This document shows, in pieces, positions 11,230 to 23,841 of a DNA stretch of 64,000 nt. Numbering within the stretch: the first letter of the stretch is position 1; each line of letters opens with the position of its first letter. The stretch is from positions 372,001-436,000 of the forward strand of contig JASANG010001737.1 in NCBI GenBank assembly GCA_030248215.1. Reading direction: 5' to 3'. This DNA is from Enoplolaimus lenunculus. Taxonomy: Eukaryota. The notes beneath the pieces were generated by a model. The model was not told where the DNA came from. It saw only the letters and a program-made list of their open reading frames with translations, and did not search any database. Position numbers and translations under genes: made by a program.

Positions 11230-12507
11230 CAGGGCCCGTAGCCAAGGGGGGCAGGGGGCTCAGCCCACTTGGAAAAATTTTGCCCCCTAGAAAATTTTTA
11301 ACGTTGCTGTAAAGAAGTCACTGCCCTGTGATCTTGCTCTTTTTTGAATCCAGTTGTAGTGGCCCGTTTACTGCCGAAAATAAAGCAAAAGGGCATATTC
11401 AACAATCTGCATACTGTGTGAAGTGGGGACAGAATTTTCAGCATCGCAAGCTTGCGATCCTGCATTTTACTGAACCCCAAACACTTTGAAGTTTAATTGA
11501 ATTCGAATTTATTTGGGGTACCACAGTTTTTTGTACTCAGTTCCTAGTATATCCTCTCTACTTGACGACCCAGACTGAAGCGGGTCAAACACACACTGCT
11601 GTGTGTGTTCCTTCCTACCCTTTTCCTTTGTTGTTTTCGTGTTTTTGGTCTTTCATTTCTATGTAGCTGCTTTGCCGCTTTCTGCAGCTAACTTCTCGTA
11701 CTGGCAACAAATTTGCATAAATTTGTTACTTTTCGAAAAAATATCGAAATTTATGCAAATTTCGAATTTTAGTATGCAAGTTAACCTTCAATGAGACAAA
11801 ATCATCGGCTACAAAAGCGCTCATACCTCAGTTTCAGGAGCGCAGTAGTCTTACTTTATCGAAAGACGTTGCGTCTTTCACCACACTGCGCTAGCTTTTA
11901 CTATTGTTTTTTGATTTTTTGAATTTTTAACCCGTCAACCTCCGATACCCGGTGAGCGGCAGCACACTTGACACCGGAGATTGCGGCTGAATTGCAAACA
12001 TTGTTAATTCAAATCGCAAAAGATGGACGACGCTCGGGCAAATTTGATTTTAACAGGTTGCGTACGTACTACCGCTGGCATAGATCGGCGCCGATTAAGT
12101 ACGCAATTAGTTTTATCAAGTTGAATGAGGTTTCGAATGTAGAACGCGTAAAAGGTTTTACCCATTTGAAGGATAGTCGGCGAATGTATTATTTTGCTGA
12201 AATTGCATAGTGCACTTATATTCCGAATGTACATATGGTTTGTTGTGGCTTAGGCCGTGACACATTGTACATATAAAGGATTGTCGTAAATTTCGTGTCG
12301 GTGACTTTTGGACGTATCTACCGCAGTCACGGGCCATCCTAATGGCACTGCCCCTACAATTATCCATCATAAGTCAAAAGCTGCCGAGGGTAGGTTGCGC
12401 TAAAACTTTTAGACTCATACTAGCTTGCAAGTCATTAAAAACCCTTCAATGGCCCTCCTGAAAAATTTTTTTAGCCCCCCTAGGAAGGTGAGCTGGCTAC
12501 GGGCCTG
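11230..12507 (+). mobile_element. hAT-like caggcccgtagcc MITE split by a ~1.1 kb insertion
   Basis: Left half (11230-11323) and right half (~12420-12507) match the intact copy at 43311-43480; flanks atttgcac/atttcgac. Confidence 0.65.
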
Positions 12508-13229
12508 ATTTCGACCTTGTTTTGTTGGAAGAATTGTCAATGAAAAATGTGACCTGTGGCAGTGCCAATCGAGAGATACAAGACAAGTTAAGATACTCTT
12601 ATTTGAGCTGTGAAAATTTGTTCTTGGTATTTAGCGAGCTTGTTGCAGCCTGCGCAGGATAGAATTTTCGTTCAGTTATCCAAGAACACCTAAACATATA
12701 TTTCTGACCCATAATGAATTAGTAATTTCAATAAAAGATAAATAAATCTATTTCGCTGTTTTGTGCGTTTTTGATAATACCGGAATTGAATTTTACTGGG
12801 CAACGACGTTGGATGTTATAAAACAATTAAAAAAGTCAAAGAAACACTTTGCAGGTTATTGCAAAAAAATAAAAAATCATTTTCATTACCAAATATGGCT
12901 CACATCCTAGCGAATGTACCGCCAATATGTTCGACATTGTACTTTCAGTTTCTGTTAAATTTTATGTTTAAGTTTTAAAGGTTTGGAATTTTAACAGCTG
13001 AAACAGCATCGTCATTCTAGTCAAAAATTGTAGGTTTAGTGAAATGACTCTATATAAACCGCAGCTACTAAGCGTGTCTTAGTCACTGATCTCAATAGGA
13101 ATAGCCGGGTATCTTTCTCATTGCGACTGTAACTGAAATACCACAGGTTCATTGAATCTTGACTAATTCCGCTGGTTTGGTAGATACGCAGTATACGTTT
13201 ATTCTAAATCAAGATGCGCATAATACAGA

Positions 13230-14154
13230 GTGTGTACTGCTTGAATCTTGTGTATCATTCCAATGAGCGTATATTGTGATTGTGCAGTGTATAGTGAGCG
13301 TACACAAATTTCATACACAGCATACACGGTGTATATTATACGTATCACCGCTTTGCGTCTATATTGTGAGTGTACGCAAATTTCAAACAGCGTACGAGCT
13401 ACACATTATACATATCATTGTATTATACGTGTATTGTGGGTGTACACAATTTATAGACAGTATACACTCTGTGCATTTGCATTCAGTGTGTGGAGGTACG
13501 CAAATTTCAAACCCGATCACATACACTGTACATTTCACGTATCGTTCCATCGCTCTTGTATTGTCAATGCACGCGAATTTTAAACAGCATACACTGTGTA
13601 CATTTACGTATCGCCGCATTTCGTCTCTTTTGTGAGTACACAATTTTCAAACAGCATACACGCTGTACATTATATGTACCATTACATTTCGTTTGTATTT
13701 TACATATACAGAAGTTTCAAACATAGTACACGCTGTAGATTATACGTATCATTGCATTGTAAGTGTATTATGGGCGTACAAAAATTATGGACACAGTATA
13801 CGCGCTGTACATTTCAATTCAGTGCTTGGAGGTACGCAAATTTCAAACACGATCACATACACTGTACATTACGCGCATCATTCCATCGCACTTGTATTGT
13901 CAGTATACACAAATTTCAAACACGGCATACACTGTGTACATTTACGTATCACTGCAGTTCGTCGGTTTTGTGAGTGTATACAATTTTCAAACAGCGTATC
14001 ATTCAATTGTGCGTGTGTTCTAGGTGTGCACAAGTTCCAGACACGGTATACACGCTATGAATCTACATTCCATGTGCGGGTGCACGCAAATTTCAAACAC
14101 GATCACAGTAACTGTACATTACACGTATCATTCTATCGCACGTGCATTGAGAGT
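13230..14154. repeat. Minisatellite array, left arm (~50-65 bp diverged units)
   Basis: Recurrent gtattgtgagtgtac(a/g)caaatttcaaacacagcatacac(g)ctgtacatt..acgtatc units. Confidence 0.9.
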
Positions 14155-15430
14155 GCTATATGGCTCGCCACTTTAATGACAGACATCTGCAACTACATGC
14201 GTCGTCCCGTCTGTCTGTCGCTGGTTCTGTGGATATCTATGTGGACGAGTTGCCTACACCAGCTTCCGTGGTTACCGCTCTTCGGCTATCGCAGGGCACA
14301 CTGGTGTGCCACAGGGATCGGTAACTCCGCCAAAGCTATTCAACTACTACATCGGTCGTCTACCAACTCCAGAGCAAGGTATTAAAACTATTTCACACGT
14401 TGATGATTTGAGTATACACGCATTGGGGCCAACCGCCGCTCCACTCGTTTGATCACTAAACACCTATCTTGCAACGCTGAAAGAATATCTAAATTGCCGT
14501 GAACTCTCTAGTCGCACAGCTAAATCTACAGTGACTCTCTATACGCCAGGCAACAGTGAGTTTCATCACCACCCAGATGTTACCATTGGCGCATAAAATT
14601 GCCGCTCAAGTACAATCCGAATCTATTGCGTGTTATATCCGACACGAAATTTACAATCACCAATAACCCACGCACCTTGGCTGCAAAAGTAAATCAAATC
14701 AAAGCAACAATATTCTTCGTGCACTGGCCGGCACCGACTGGGGCCAGGACAAGGAGACAGTCCTCGTTAGTCACAAAGCCATTAGTCGGTCATGTATCAA
14801 CTACGCAGCTCCCGTATGGACACGTTAACAAACGGATTCCGGGTTCAGATAGCTCCAAATACCTGAAAACGCTGCTCTACGCATCGCAACTGTCTCCCAG
14901 CACATGTCTGCGATCGATCACTATCACTGCGAGTGCGGCGAATCACTTGTCAAAGAGTCCTGTTTGCTCCTTTCTGATCAATACTTCGCCAATAACCGCA
15001 ACACGTTACATCCATATCATCACCTAATCAATAGACCGGCACCGCCACGTGCGATGAAAAACATATTGTACTCTGAACATGCGAAGAACGCAGTGGAAGC
15101 AATCAATAACGTTAAAGCAGCCTGGCAACGACTACATACATTTTAGCCGTCAACTGGAATATAAGCAATCAGGTAGTGAACATTGTTCTTGGTGCCCCCT
15201 CCACAAATTGATAGCTCAGAACGAGACTGGCCATGGTTGTTGTATAATTATCGTCACAGTCAACTGTCCGGATTGTAACGCTGGACCGCACGAGACCTAC
15301 CACTTTTCAATTGTCCTGTACAAGCAGCCACAACTCTCGGACCGCGTCACCTGTGGGCTAAACCAATTCAGTGCGCCTCGTTTCTGGGGTTAATGGACAG
15401 TAACTGAGCAACAGTAATGGGCGATAACAA
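14155..15430 (+). mobile_element. 5'-truncated, decayed non-LTR retrotransposon (I-group LINE) ORF2 fragment: RT C-terminal part plus zinc knuckle
   Basis: From 14300 the + strand reads TGVPQGSVTPPKLFNYYIG..TISHVDDL (RT GVPQGS and YADD-like motifs). Across frameshifts and stops it continues LPLKYNPNLLRVISD, NILRALAGTDWGQDKET..KAISRSCINYAAPVW, LQIPENAALRIAT, HPYHHLINRPAPPRAMK and CPDCNAGPHETYH. It ends in a short taacaacaa tail. Confidence 0.9.
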
Positions 15431-16065
15431 CAAATTTCAAACCGAGCGTACACTCACTACATTGGCGTATCACTGCATTGCGTTGTATTGTGAGTGTACA
15501 CAAATTTCAAACAACATACACGCTATTCATCTACATTCCGAGTGTGGGTGCACGCAAATTTCAAACACGATCACATACACTGTACATTTCACGTATCATT
15601 CCATGGCACTGTATTGTGTGTACACAAATTTCAAACAAGCATACACGCTGTACATTATACGTGTCATTGCATTGTAAGTGTACACAAATTTCAAACAGCG
15701 TATACGTATACACTATACGTATCATTGCATTGTGCGTGTATTGTGAGTGTACACAAATTTCAAACGCAGCATACACGTTGTACATTTGCATTCAGTGTGT
15801 GTACGCAAATTTCAAACCCGATCACATACACTGTACATTACACGTATCATCTCATCGCCCGTGCATTGTCAGTGTGTGCAAATTTCAAACACAGCATACA
15901 TTCTGTACATTTACGTATCGCTTCATTTCGGCTATATTGTGAGTGTACAATTATTTCAAACAGCTTAATACACGCTGTATATTATACGTATCATTGCATT
16001 GTGCGTGTATTGTGAGAGCACACAAATTTCGAACACAGCATACACGCTGTACATTTAAGCATCAT
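15426..16065. repeat. Minisatellite array, right arm (same family as 13230-14154)
   Basis: The same caaatttcaaac / ctgtacatt units resume immediately after the LINE tail. Confidence 0.9.
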
Positions 16066-17116
16066 ACGGGTTATTCAATAAACTGTACAACTCTCTGAAT
16101 TGTGAAAGTCAAGGAAAAGAAAAGCTCCTAAGCAGTGCGAGCGGGAGGTCAAACACAATTTTTACGTATCACTAGCAAATTTTAAATTTTTGTAGCTCTG
16201 ATTGAACAGACTAAGTGTGAGGTGTTCTGTATCCGACCACCCGGATTATAGCTGATTTGATTCCCCCTTTAAAAAAGGCACACAAATTACTGGTGAGTTG
16301 AAAAAAACACTCAGCCGACTAAGGGTCCATGAAAATTTAGATTGAACTAGTCGTAAATATAGAATTTTAAAACCTTGACCTTTCAAGCTAAATATGATTT
16401 GAGAAAGCATAAAAATTCACGTTGAATTGAAGCGTATTGGTTGTAATAAATCCTAGAACGGCCGCGACAAATAACTGCACATTATTCCAATTTATTTTTT
16501 GAGACAACCAATTTTTGAGTGCGCAGATTGTGTCGTGTTTTAGATTTTAATATCTGGTGGCACGACAGGGTTAAGCATAGCTGTCTCAAAAGTACATCAT
16601 GTAACCAATTTGACTAAAGTACTGAACATTGCATTTTGGGTCCTGAAAGAATGACCCATCGTATTTATTAACGCAGGAATCTTCCAGTATTCATGATTCT
16701 TTTATGACTTTCTGTTGCAAGTTATAGAAAATGTTGGTATATACACTGTTATTACGTTAACTTTTTTGGACCGTGCATAGATCTGCGTTGGACCGACTTT
16801 ATGGGACGGCTATGGAGTAAGCTTAAGTTTTAAGCTGATTCTTTTGCTTGTGTGTAGGCTTATGCATATAGGAATATGCTGATACTACAGTTACGGCCCT
16901 GATCTGACCACTTGCTCTGTTAGAAAAACATGTCATGGTATAGGAAGCCGTGAAACTTTTCAAAGTTTGCTACAGCCTGAATCTGCGTCCATTTTTTAAG
17001 ATTCAGAAGAACAATGAAATTAGTATTTCTGCTGGATTCGGTTGAGGCAAGTACAAACGATGGAATAATTTCAAGAAACACATTTTGATTTCCAATTAAT
17101 CTGAAATGAAAAATAT

Positions 17117-17450
17117 CGCCCATGTTCAGATCCGGGGCGAAACGTTTTTGTGTGGGACTACAATAGAGTAAGTTTAAGCTTTAGCGTAGTTTTTTGTTTT
17201 AAGCTTTAGACTATTTTTTCCTAGGCTTTGGCTTAGGCTCAGGCTTAGGTAGAAGCTAATTTTTACGCTTAGGCTTAGGCTTTAGGCTTAGGCTTAAGAA
17301 TATGCTTATACTACTGTTCTGCACCTGTTCTATACATTGGCTTTGGCTTAGGCTCAGCCTTAGGAAGAAGCTAATTTTTATGCTTAATCTTAGGCTTAAG
17401 AATATGCTTATATATACTACTACTAAATCTCTGTTCTAGGACATTTGGTC
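17117..17450 (+). mobile_element. TTAGGC-carrying Merlin-like MITE with duplicated right half
   Basis: cgcccatgttcagatccggggcg...ctgttctatacattggc, followed by a second copy of the right half; gaaaaatat occurs on both flanks. Confidence 0.75.
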
Positions 17451-19549
17451 TGAAAAATATTAATATTTTAGCAATTTTTTATAAGCTGTACAAAATGACG
17501 AGTTTTAGTTTCAAGTATTTGAGAATTATTCAACTGAAATATTGAACAAAAATCACGAATATTTTAATCATTACTGGTTACTAATGAATTTTACAATTTA
17601 TTTAATTGTTAAATTGAAAAAAAAGTCAAGAAACACAACTTTTGACACTGGATATTTTAACACATTTTGGCCTGTTTCTAAGAATAAACAATGTTTCTAA
17701 ATTCGAATGAAAATCTGCTATTTTTGGACAATATTACCGCAATCGGTATAGATTTGTATCATAGGCCTCAAAAATCTACACATTTTCTCATATATCGTTA
17801 GAGTATTAAAATGTCACATTTCCGTTATAGACTTTGATTTTTAACGTGATGTCGAATAATGCTTGCATGCTTGGATCCTGGCAGAGTTTCATTTTCGCAG
17901 GGGATAACCATGTCTAAAAGTCCTGTGGAACCAATCCAATCAAGCGTGGATATTTTTGATTCACATAGGTCATTCTACAACCGGTAAACCCTATTTCAAA
18001 TATGGCCTTCATTAAATTTCGAGGATTTCCCTATTCGGGCCATATATATACACTGTTGCCGCTGGGTACCTAATGTGCTGTACAAAACCGGCCTTTGTAC
18101 AACTGGTGGGTATGCGGTACAAAACCGATATTTGATCGGAAGCTTACTTTTCGCTAAAACAGGTTGCCGGTTATGGTTCAAGTGGTAGCGGTGCCAATAA
18201 CCAAGCATACAAAATATACCGGTCGTTGTTTCTAAAATAGCTTATGTTGGTTCTGTAAGATTTATCATTTTGCTAATTTTGCATAAATTTCATAGCGCGA
18301 GTTGATTCTTTTTTAGTGCATGGAATACCTTCTATTTCATCTGAGATTTAATTTCAAGCCATGTTTGTTACTGTATCGCTTTGGTATTAAAGTAAAAACA
18401 GCATGTAGCAGAGACCATTCATTGTTACTAAAGTAGCTGAGGATCCGGCAAAAATGCAACGCGTACTGTCACATTTTGTACCATGCATAGCTCAGGTAGT
18501 TGCTTACTCTTTTTATAAATATTATGCAGGTCCACTCATGATTTGACCAAGAGTTGATGCTGCATACTTTCACAAAGCATGCAACTGGGTACATTCTGTG
18601 CAGAAAAGATATTCGGTATTACAACTATCCGTTTAATTAAACCTTTATTTGCCATGTATCAAAAGCTTGAGCGACAGTGCAAGGCTATACTTTGGAATGT
18701 GCTTTCTAAACTAAGTATGCTTTTAAGTTTCGAACTCAACTGTATTTGATGCTGGAGTCATTTATGCGCTACAATTTGGGATAATTGACATTTATGGACC
18801 CTAATTACGGTTTAGGGACTCTATTCGCTTAAGGACTCTTATTAGGGATACGGACTCTTATTGACTGGGACTCAAAAAAGGGACCCCCTCTTATTACCTC
18901 CACCTCTTTATTAGGGTATCTACACTAGGCTTCACTTATGTCACCATCAATTCATGGAACTGACATTATTTTAAAAAATTACCAGTCCGACTGAACCAAA
19001 ACGAGTTTTATTTCCCTTAAACAGTAGGGTTTCTGACTTTTGCCATGTTTCCGAAGAATACTTCTATTTTGGACCTTTTGTTTGAATCTCGCTGATTAAG
19101 CTGATTATCATTCCACGAGCAAATTTGAGTTTTTATGAATCTTTTATGTATTGAAATTTAAACTATTAGAAGAACACGTGCGTTATTCCCCTCAGTTAAT
19201 AAATTTGTGGGCATTAAGTGCTTTTCAAAGATGCCGAAATTAGGATTGATTCTGATCGCAAAACGTTCTGTGTGGCATCAGAATCATATTTTAGCAAAAT
19301 TGTTTGAAATTTTAACAATTAAGGTATGTCGTATGAAATTAAATGCACTGTGAGAATAAGTCATACTGAAAATATTGCACCTTGCAATTAACTCACCAAA
19401 TTTCTAAATTTTGGCAAATTTTCTGTTTACAATTTTTTCGCGTATATTTGCAACTAAACGAAAACCACCTTGTAGACCCAACGAACGAGTGCCGTGGAGC
19501 GAAGTGAAAATCAATTCTTTCATGAGCATCCACGTATAATAGACCATTT

Positions 19550-19795
19550 GGCCTATGTTAATTTAAGGGGCATCCAAGTTTCTGGCTGGTCTTTGGTCTA
19601 TTAAAACGTAGGTTTCGATTCTAGATTACATTTTTTGGCTTAGGCGTAGGCGGTCTGGTTGGTCTATAAATGCGTTGGTTTCGATTCTAGATTACATTGT
19701 TGTCTTAAGCTCAGGTTTAAGCTTTTGCTTAGGTTTAGGCTTAGGATTAGAAATACGCTGAATCTACTGTTACACCTCTAAAAATAACATTTGCC
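19550..19795 (+). mobile_element. TTAGGC-carrying Merlin-like MITE (variant TIR) with internal duplication
   Basis: TSD gaccattt/caccattt; ends ggcctatgtta and taacatttgcc. Confidence 0.7.
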
Positions 19796-20065
19796 CACCA
19801 TTTTATGGAACTCAAAACATTTTGTGTAAGGCAAAATGTTGCGTGTATCGTTTACTGGTAAAAACTGCATTGTTTTCAGAAAGTGAAAGAAATATATATT
19901 ATATATAAATATATATAGATATATATTTATATATATATTATATATTATATATATAATATACCGTTGCCTGAAAACTTTAGGTTCAAGTACGTTTGAAAGA
20001 AGCTAAGCCAAGTTTTCGCTAGCTTCAACAATGTCGCGTTTAGCTATGTAATTTTCAAGTATAAA

Positions 20066-20326
20066 CCTCTTCTCACATTGAGTTGCCTATAGGCAATTCA
20101 GCGCAGTGTATATACGTTAAATTATATATCGCACCGTGCTTAACATTTGCAACACATATACATAGAACTAAATCACCACAAGACGTGACAGCCCCCTCGA
20201 GCTCAAGCGTCAAGCTCCTATAGCTGAGTGGTGATGGTATACGCCTCCCACTCCAGTCACTGGAGTTCGAATCCTAGCATAAAAGTAGGTCTCAGTTAAA
20301 ATAGGAAATATTCATGTGAAAAAAGG
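20066..20326 (+). mobile_element. piggyBac-like tRNA-box MITE monomer (subfamily 2)
   Basis: cctcttctcacattgag...gtgaaaaaagg|TTAA; closely matches the copies at 42459 and 58388. Confidence 0.8.
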
Positions 20327-20792
20327 TTAAAATAAAAACCAAACGCAGGCGACGTAAATTTCGGTGCAAATACCTATATGAATTGACTGACTTAACTTTT
20401 GCTAGTTCTACACGTGCTTACATCATGTGACACTTGGTTAAGTGAGTAGAAATTTCGAATGTTTTGTTGCCAAACATTGAAACTGTATTCGAGTTGTGTT
20501 CCAGACTGTTGTTTTTCATAATAAATTTTAGCTTTTGACACACAACGCTAACGCGCATTTTGTACCATAAAAAGCAAGGAACCAGCTATAAACGCATTGC
20601 GCAAAAGTTTGAAAATACAACAACTTTTGTGAAATTTGAGGGTGGAAATTTTGCGTCGACAGGGGTGATTGGTACATAAAATGTTGATCGCTATGTCGAG
20701 TGCCAGATTTAGTACATTTTAAAATTAGGACAAAAACAGTTTTCGAATCATGCGGAAATTTACCGCTTCGATTCGTACTTTACACAGTTGTC

Positions 20793-20965
20793 GGCCGATG
20801 TAAAGATTGCAGGTGAAACGTTGTTCTTGGGGAATGCAATAGAGTACACTTAAGATTTGAACTAATTTTTTTGCTTAGGCTTAGGCTTAGGTATAAGCTC
20901 ATTCTTGCGTTTAGGTTTGGGATTACGCTTATACTACTGTTACGGCTCTGTTCTTTACTTGGTCC
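20793..20965 (+). mobile_element. TTAGGC-carrying Merlin-like MITE (diverged)
   Basis: ggccgatgtaaagat...gcttaggcttagg...ctgttctttacttggtcc. Confidence 0.7.
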
Positions 20966-21856
20966 CGACTAAATTTGAATTATTGTTAGTTGTTTTGCTG
21001 GTAAAATCAAGCTGGGTGGCTATATATAGTGTAACGGACAGGAAACCTATGTTTTGACGTAGCAAAAACAATGTGGATTATAGTGGCAGGTACTGAGAAC
21101 AGAACTACAATATCAGGTCTTATGACAAAATAGGCACGTTGTTATCGATAATTTTGTGACACCAAATACTTTACCTTTACAGAAACAAATTTAGTCTGGG
21201 TCAAAAATTGCAAAAGTGGGTGTCACCTGCCCCCCCCCCCCTGGCTACACCCCTACACTGCCCTGCAACTCGGCATGTACTGACATAGTTTTTTTGGTTA
21301 TGATTGGTCGATTTCAAGAATGAAATGATGTTGGTATTAATGTAAAATGTAATTTTATTCAGAACTTGAGCGAGTTTTACAAACCTTGACCTAATAATAT
21401 TACATTGATTTTTGGCAAAAACAAACTCTATTTAGGTTTAGAAATAGCGAGATTTAAGCTAATATAAAAGCGCTTGGTTGCTGTCAGCTTGATACGAGGT
21501 AACTCACATTATCCTGTTATTGCTCGTTGTGTACACCAGTTTTTATTTTAAAGTCAGTAATAGTTGATTTATTGTGAAGTTTTCAGAAGAAATGTACACT
21601 TTTTTGACAAAATTACAATAAAATAGGGCAGATTTGGTATGAAACGCAAAAACCGATAGTCTAAAATTGAAGAAAAAACAATTTAATGATTTCAACTCTA
21701 AATTTGGAACAGAATTTTTTGCTGATTTAAGCATTTTGATTGATCGTTCGATTGAAATGTTTGAACCCAACCTATTAAATTATCCGTAGGTTTTCGAGTG
21801 AAAAATAAGTCTCAAGATTAACTGAAAGCGTTTAATTTGCTCAAGCGCAGCCATGC

Positions 21857-21857
<1 letters not shown>

Positions 21858-21898
<41 letters not shown>
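21858..21898. repeat. (AAT)n microsatellite
   Basis: Directly visible. Confidence 0.95.
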
Positions 21899-21899
<1 letters not shown>

Positions 21900-22924
21900 T
21901 GAATTTTAGTTTAAATGTCTTACGTTTCTAACATTTGTATTTATAGAGTTGACTCGGACTTAATTTGAGAATAAGGACTCGTGTCAGTATGAAAGTAGCG
22001 TTTTAAACTAACGCAAAATATGCCAGTCGCCAGCTCACTTTGCTAGTGAGTTGGGGCTAAAATTTTTTTAGCATCGGCATACAAGGGTTTTCAATGACTT
22101 ACAAGCAAAGTTGAAAGTTTACCAATTGCATCCTAAATTTTCTTGGAGGGCTGAGCCCCCCATGGCCGTTCCTTGACTACGGCTTCGAGGAGAAAACGTT
22201 TACGTAATAGCGTTTTGTTGCACCAGCACTTTATTTTACAGTTTTTAACCTACGGTACAATGTTTTGAAGGATTCTGTTTGAAACTCAAGACGGCTTTAA
22301 AACCCGTTCTAGTTTCTCGCTTTTCAAATTTTAATCAACAGCTCTCGTTTATGCTTCAATTTGTTTACGTTGAAATTCGTTGTTTATTTAATTGGATCCA
22401 TATACGTATTTTGGGCAACTTTCCAACATTACGTTGATTGCATTGATTTCTTTCATGCATTAATGTGATTTTTGTGCATTCGCTAACTTTTGCGTATTGC
22501 TCAAAACCGGCTGACTTCTTGCAATTATTTTGTTACAGATTTTGACAACGCAGTGTAGCTACGAGTTTATACGATGTGTCAGTTTTGTTAAATGTAGAAA
22601 TGTAAATTTTAAAACTTTCAATCTTGAGCGCTGGTGCGCGTTCATTTTTAGATTTCTTCTAATGAACACTGAAAATCTATCAGTCGGCACCTGTTGACCA
22701 ATGCTGTCACGATTATGATAATATTTGGCTTAGACTTCACTTGTTTGCGAGCACAAATTAGTGCAATTAGGAGACAAATAAATTCACAACGCATATAAAC
22801 CTAAGAATAATTCAGATAGAGAAAAAATATTGGTCAGCAGTACTGAGATTTCGTTGAATAATCAGGTCAATGGCACAAAACTCCAGTATCACGTTCAATC
22901 GTGTAAAACATGGGTTGAACAAAC

Positions 22925-23358
22925 AAGCTTGGAAGTGGCGGTCCATGTATATAACAGGGCCGGAACAGTAGGATAAGAATATTCCTAAGCTTGGAAGTGG
23001 CGGTCCATGTATATAACAGGGCCGGAACAGTAGGATAAGAATATTCCTAAGCTTGGAAGTGGCGGTCCATGTATATAACAGGGCCGGAACAGTAGGATAA
23101 GAATATTCCTAAGCTTGGAAGTGGCGGTCCATGTATATAACAGGGCCGGAACAGTAGGATAAGAATATTCCTAAGCTTGGAAGTGGCGGTCCATGTATAT
23201 AACAGGGCCGGAACAGTAGGATAAGAATATTCCTAAGCTTGGAAGTGGCGGTCCATGTATATAACAGGGCCGGAACAGTAGGATAAGAATATTCCTAAGC
23301 TTGGAAGTGGCGGTCCATGTATATAATAGGGCCGGAACAGTAGGATAAGAATATTCCT
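22925..23358. repeat. Near-perfect 62-bp tandem repeat x7 (15 bp of flank plus one MITE end)
   Basis: Unit aagcttggaagtggcggtccatgtatataacagggccggaacagtaggataagaatattcct starts at 22925, 22987, 23049, 23111, 23173, 23235 and 23297; I see one substitution, in the last copy. Confidence 0.97.
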
Positions 23359-23460
23359 AAGCCTAAGCCTAAGCTTAAGCAAAAAAATTAGTCTAAAGTT
23401 TAAACTGACTCTATTACAGCCTCTCCGGAAAACGATCCGGCCCTGTTCTGTAGATGGGCC
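23312..23460 (-). mobile_element. TTAGGC-carrying Merlin-like MITE
   Basis: Perfect 8-bp TSD gaagtggc; ~25-bp imperfect TIR; gcctaa repeats. Confidence 0.88.
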
Positions 23461-23682
23461 GAAGTGGCCAAAAAAATAAATTGCCAATAGGCAAATATTA
23501 CCCCTCAGCGTCTGACGTTGTTACTATCGCACAGTGTAAAAACTTTAATAGTATAAGATGTTGAACAGTATGTCTATTATATTTTAGCCGTCGGCTATAA
23601 CAAAACAATACTTTTTGTTAACAGTTCGATGCAATAACCGCAGTCGTGTATTAACTGCAGTTTCAGCCCCCACTCCCATGTC

Positions 23683-23841
23683 GGCATAACTAAAGATCAG
23701 GGGCGGAGCGTTTTTCTGTGTGGACTGCAATAGAGTAAGCTTATTAAGGTTTAGTCTAATTTTCCTGCCCGATTTAGGCTTAGGCTTAGGCTTAGGAATA
23801 TGCGTATAGTACTGTTTCGCCCCTGTTCTAGATATTGGCCA
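23683..23841 (+). mobile_element. TTAGGC-carrying Merlin-like MITE
   Basis: aaagatcaggggcggagcg...ttaggcttaggcttagg...cgcccctgttctagatattggcc. Confidence 0.75.

Noticed and set aside
13248..16015. Cys/His/Tyr-rich ORFs in the minisatellite
   Set aside because: They are translations of the tandem repeat. Only the frameshifted LINE segment is truly protein-derived.
22925..23358. CRISPR-like regular repeat array
   Set aside because: The units are contiguous and identical with no unique spacers or cas genes, and the context is eukaryotic.
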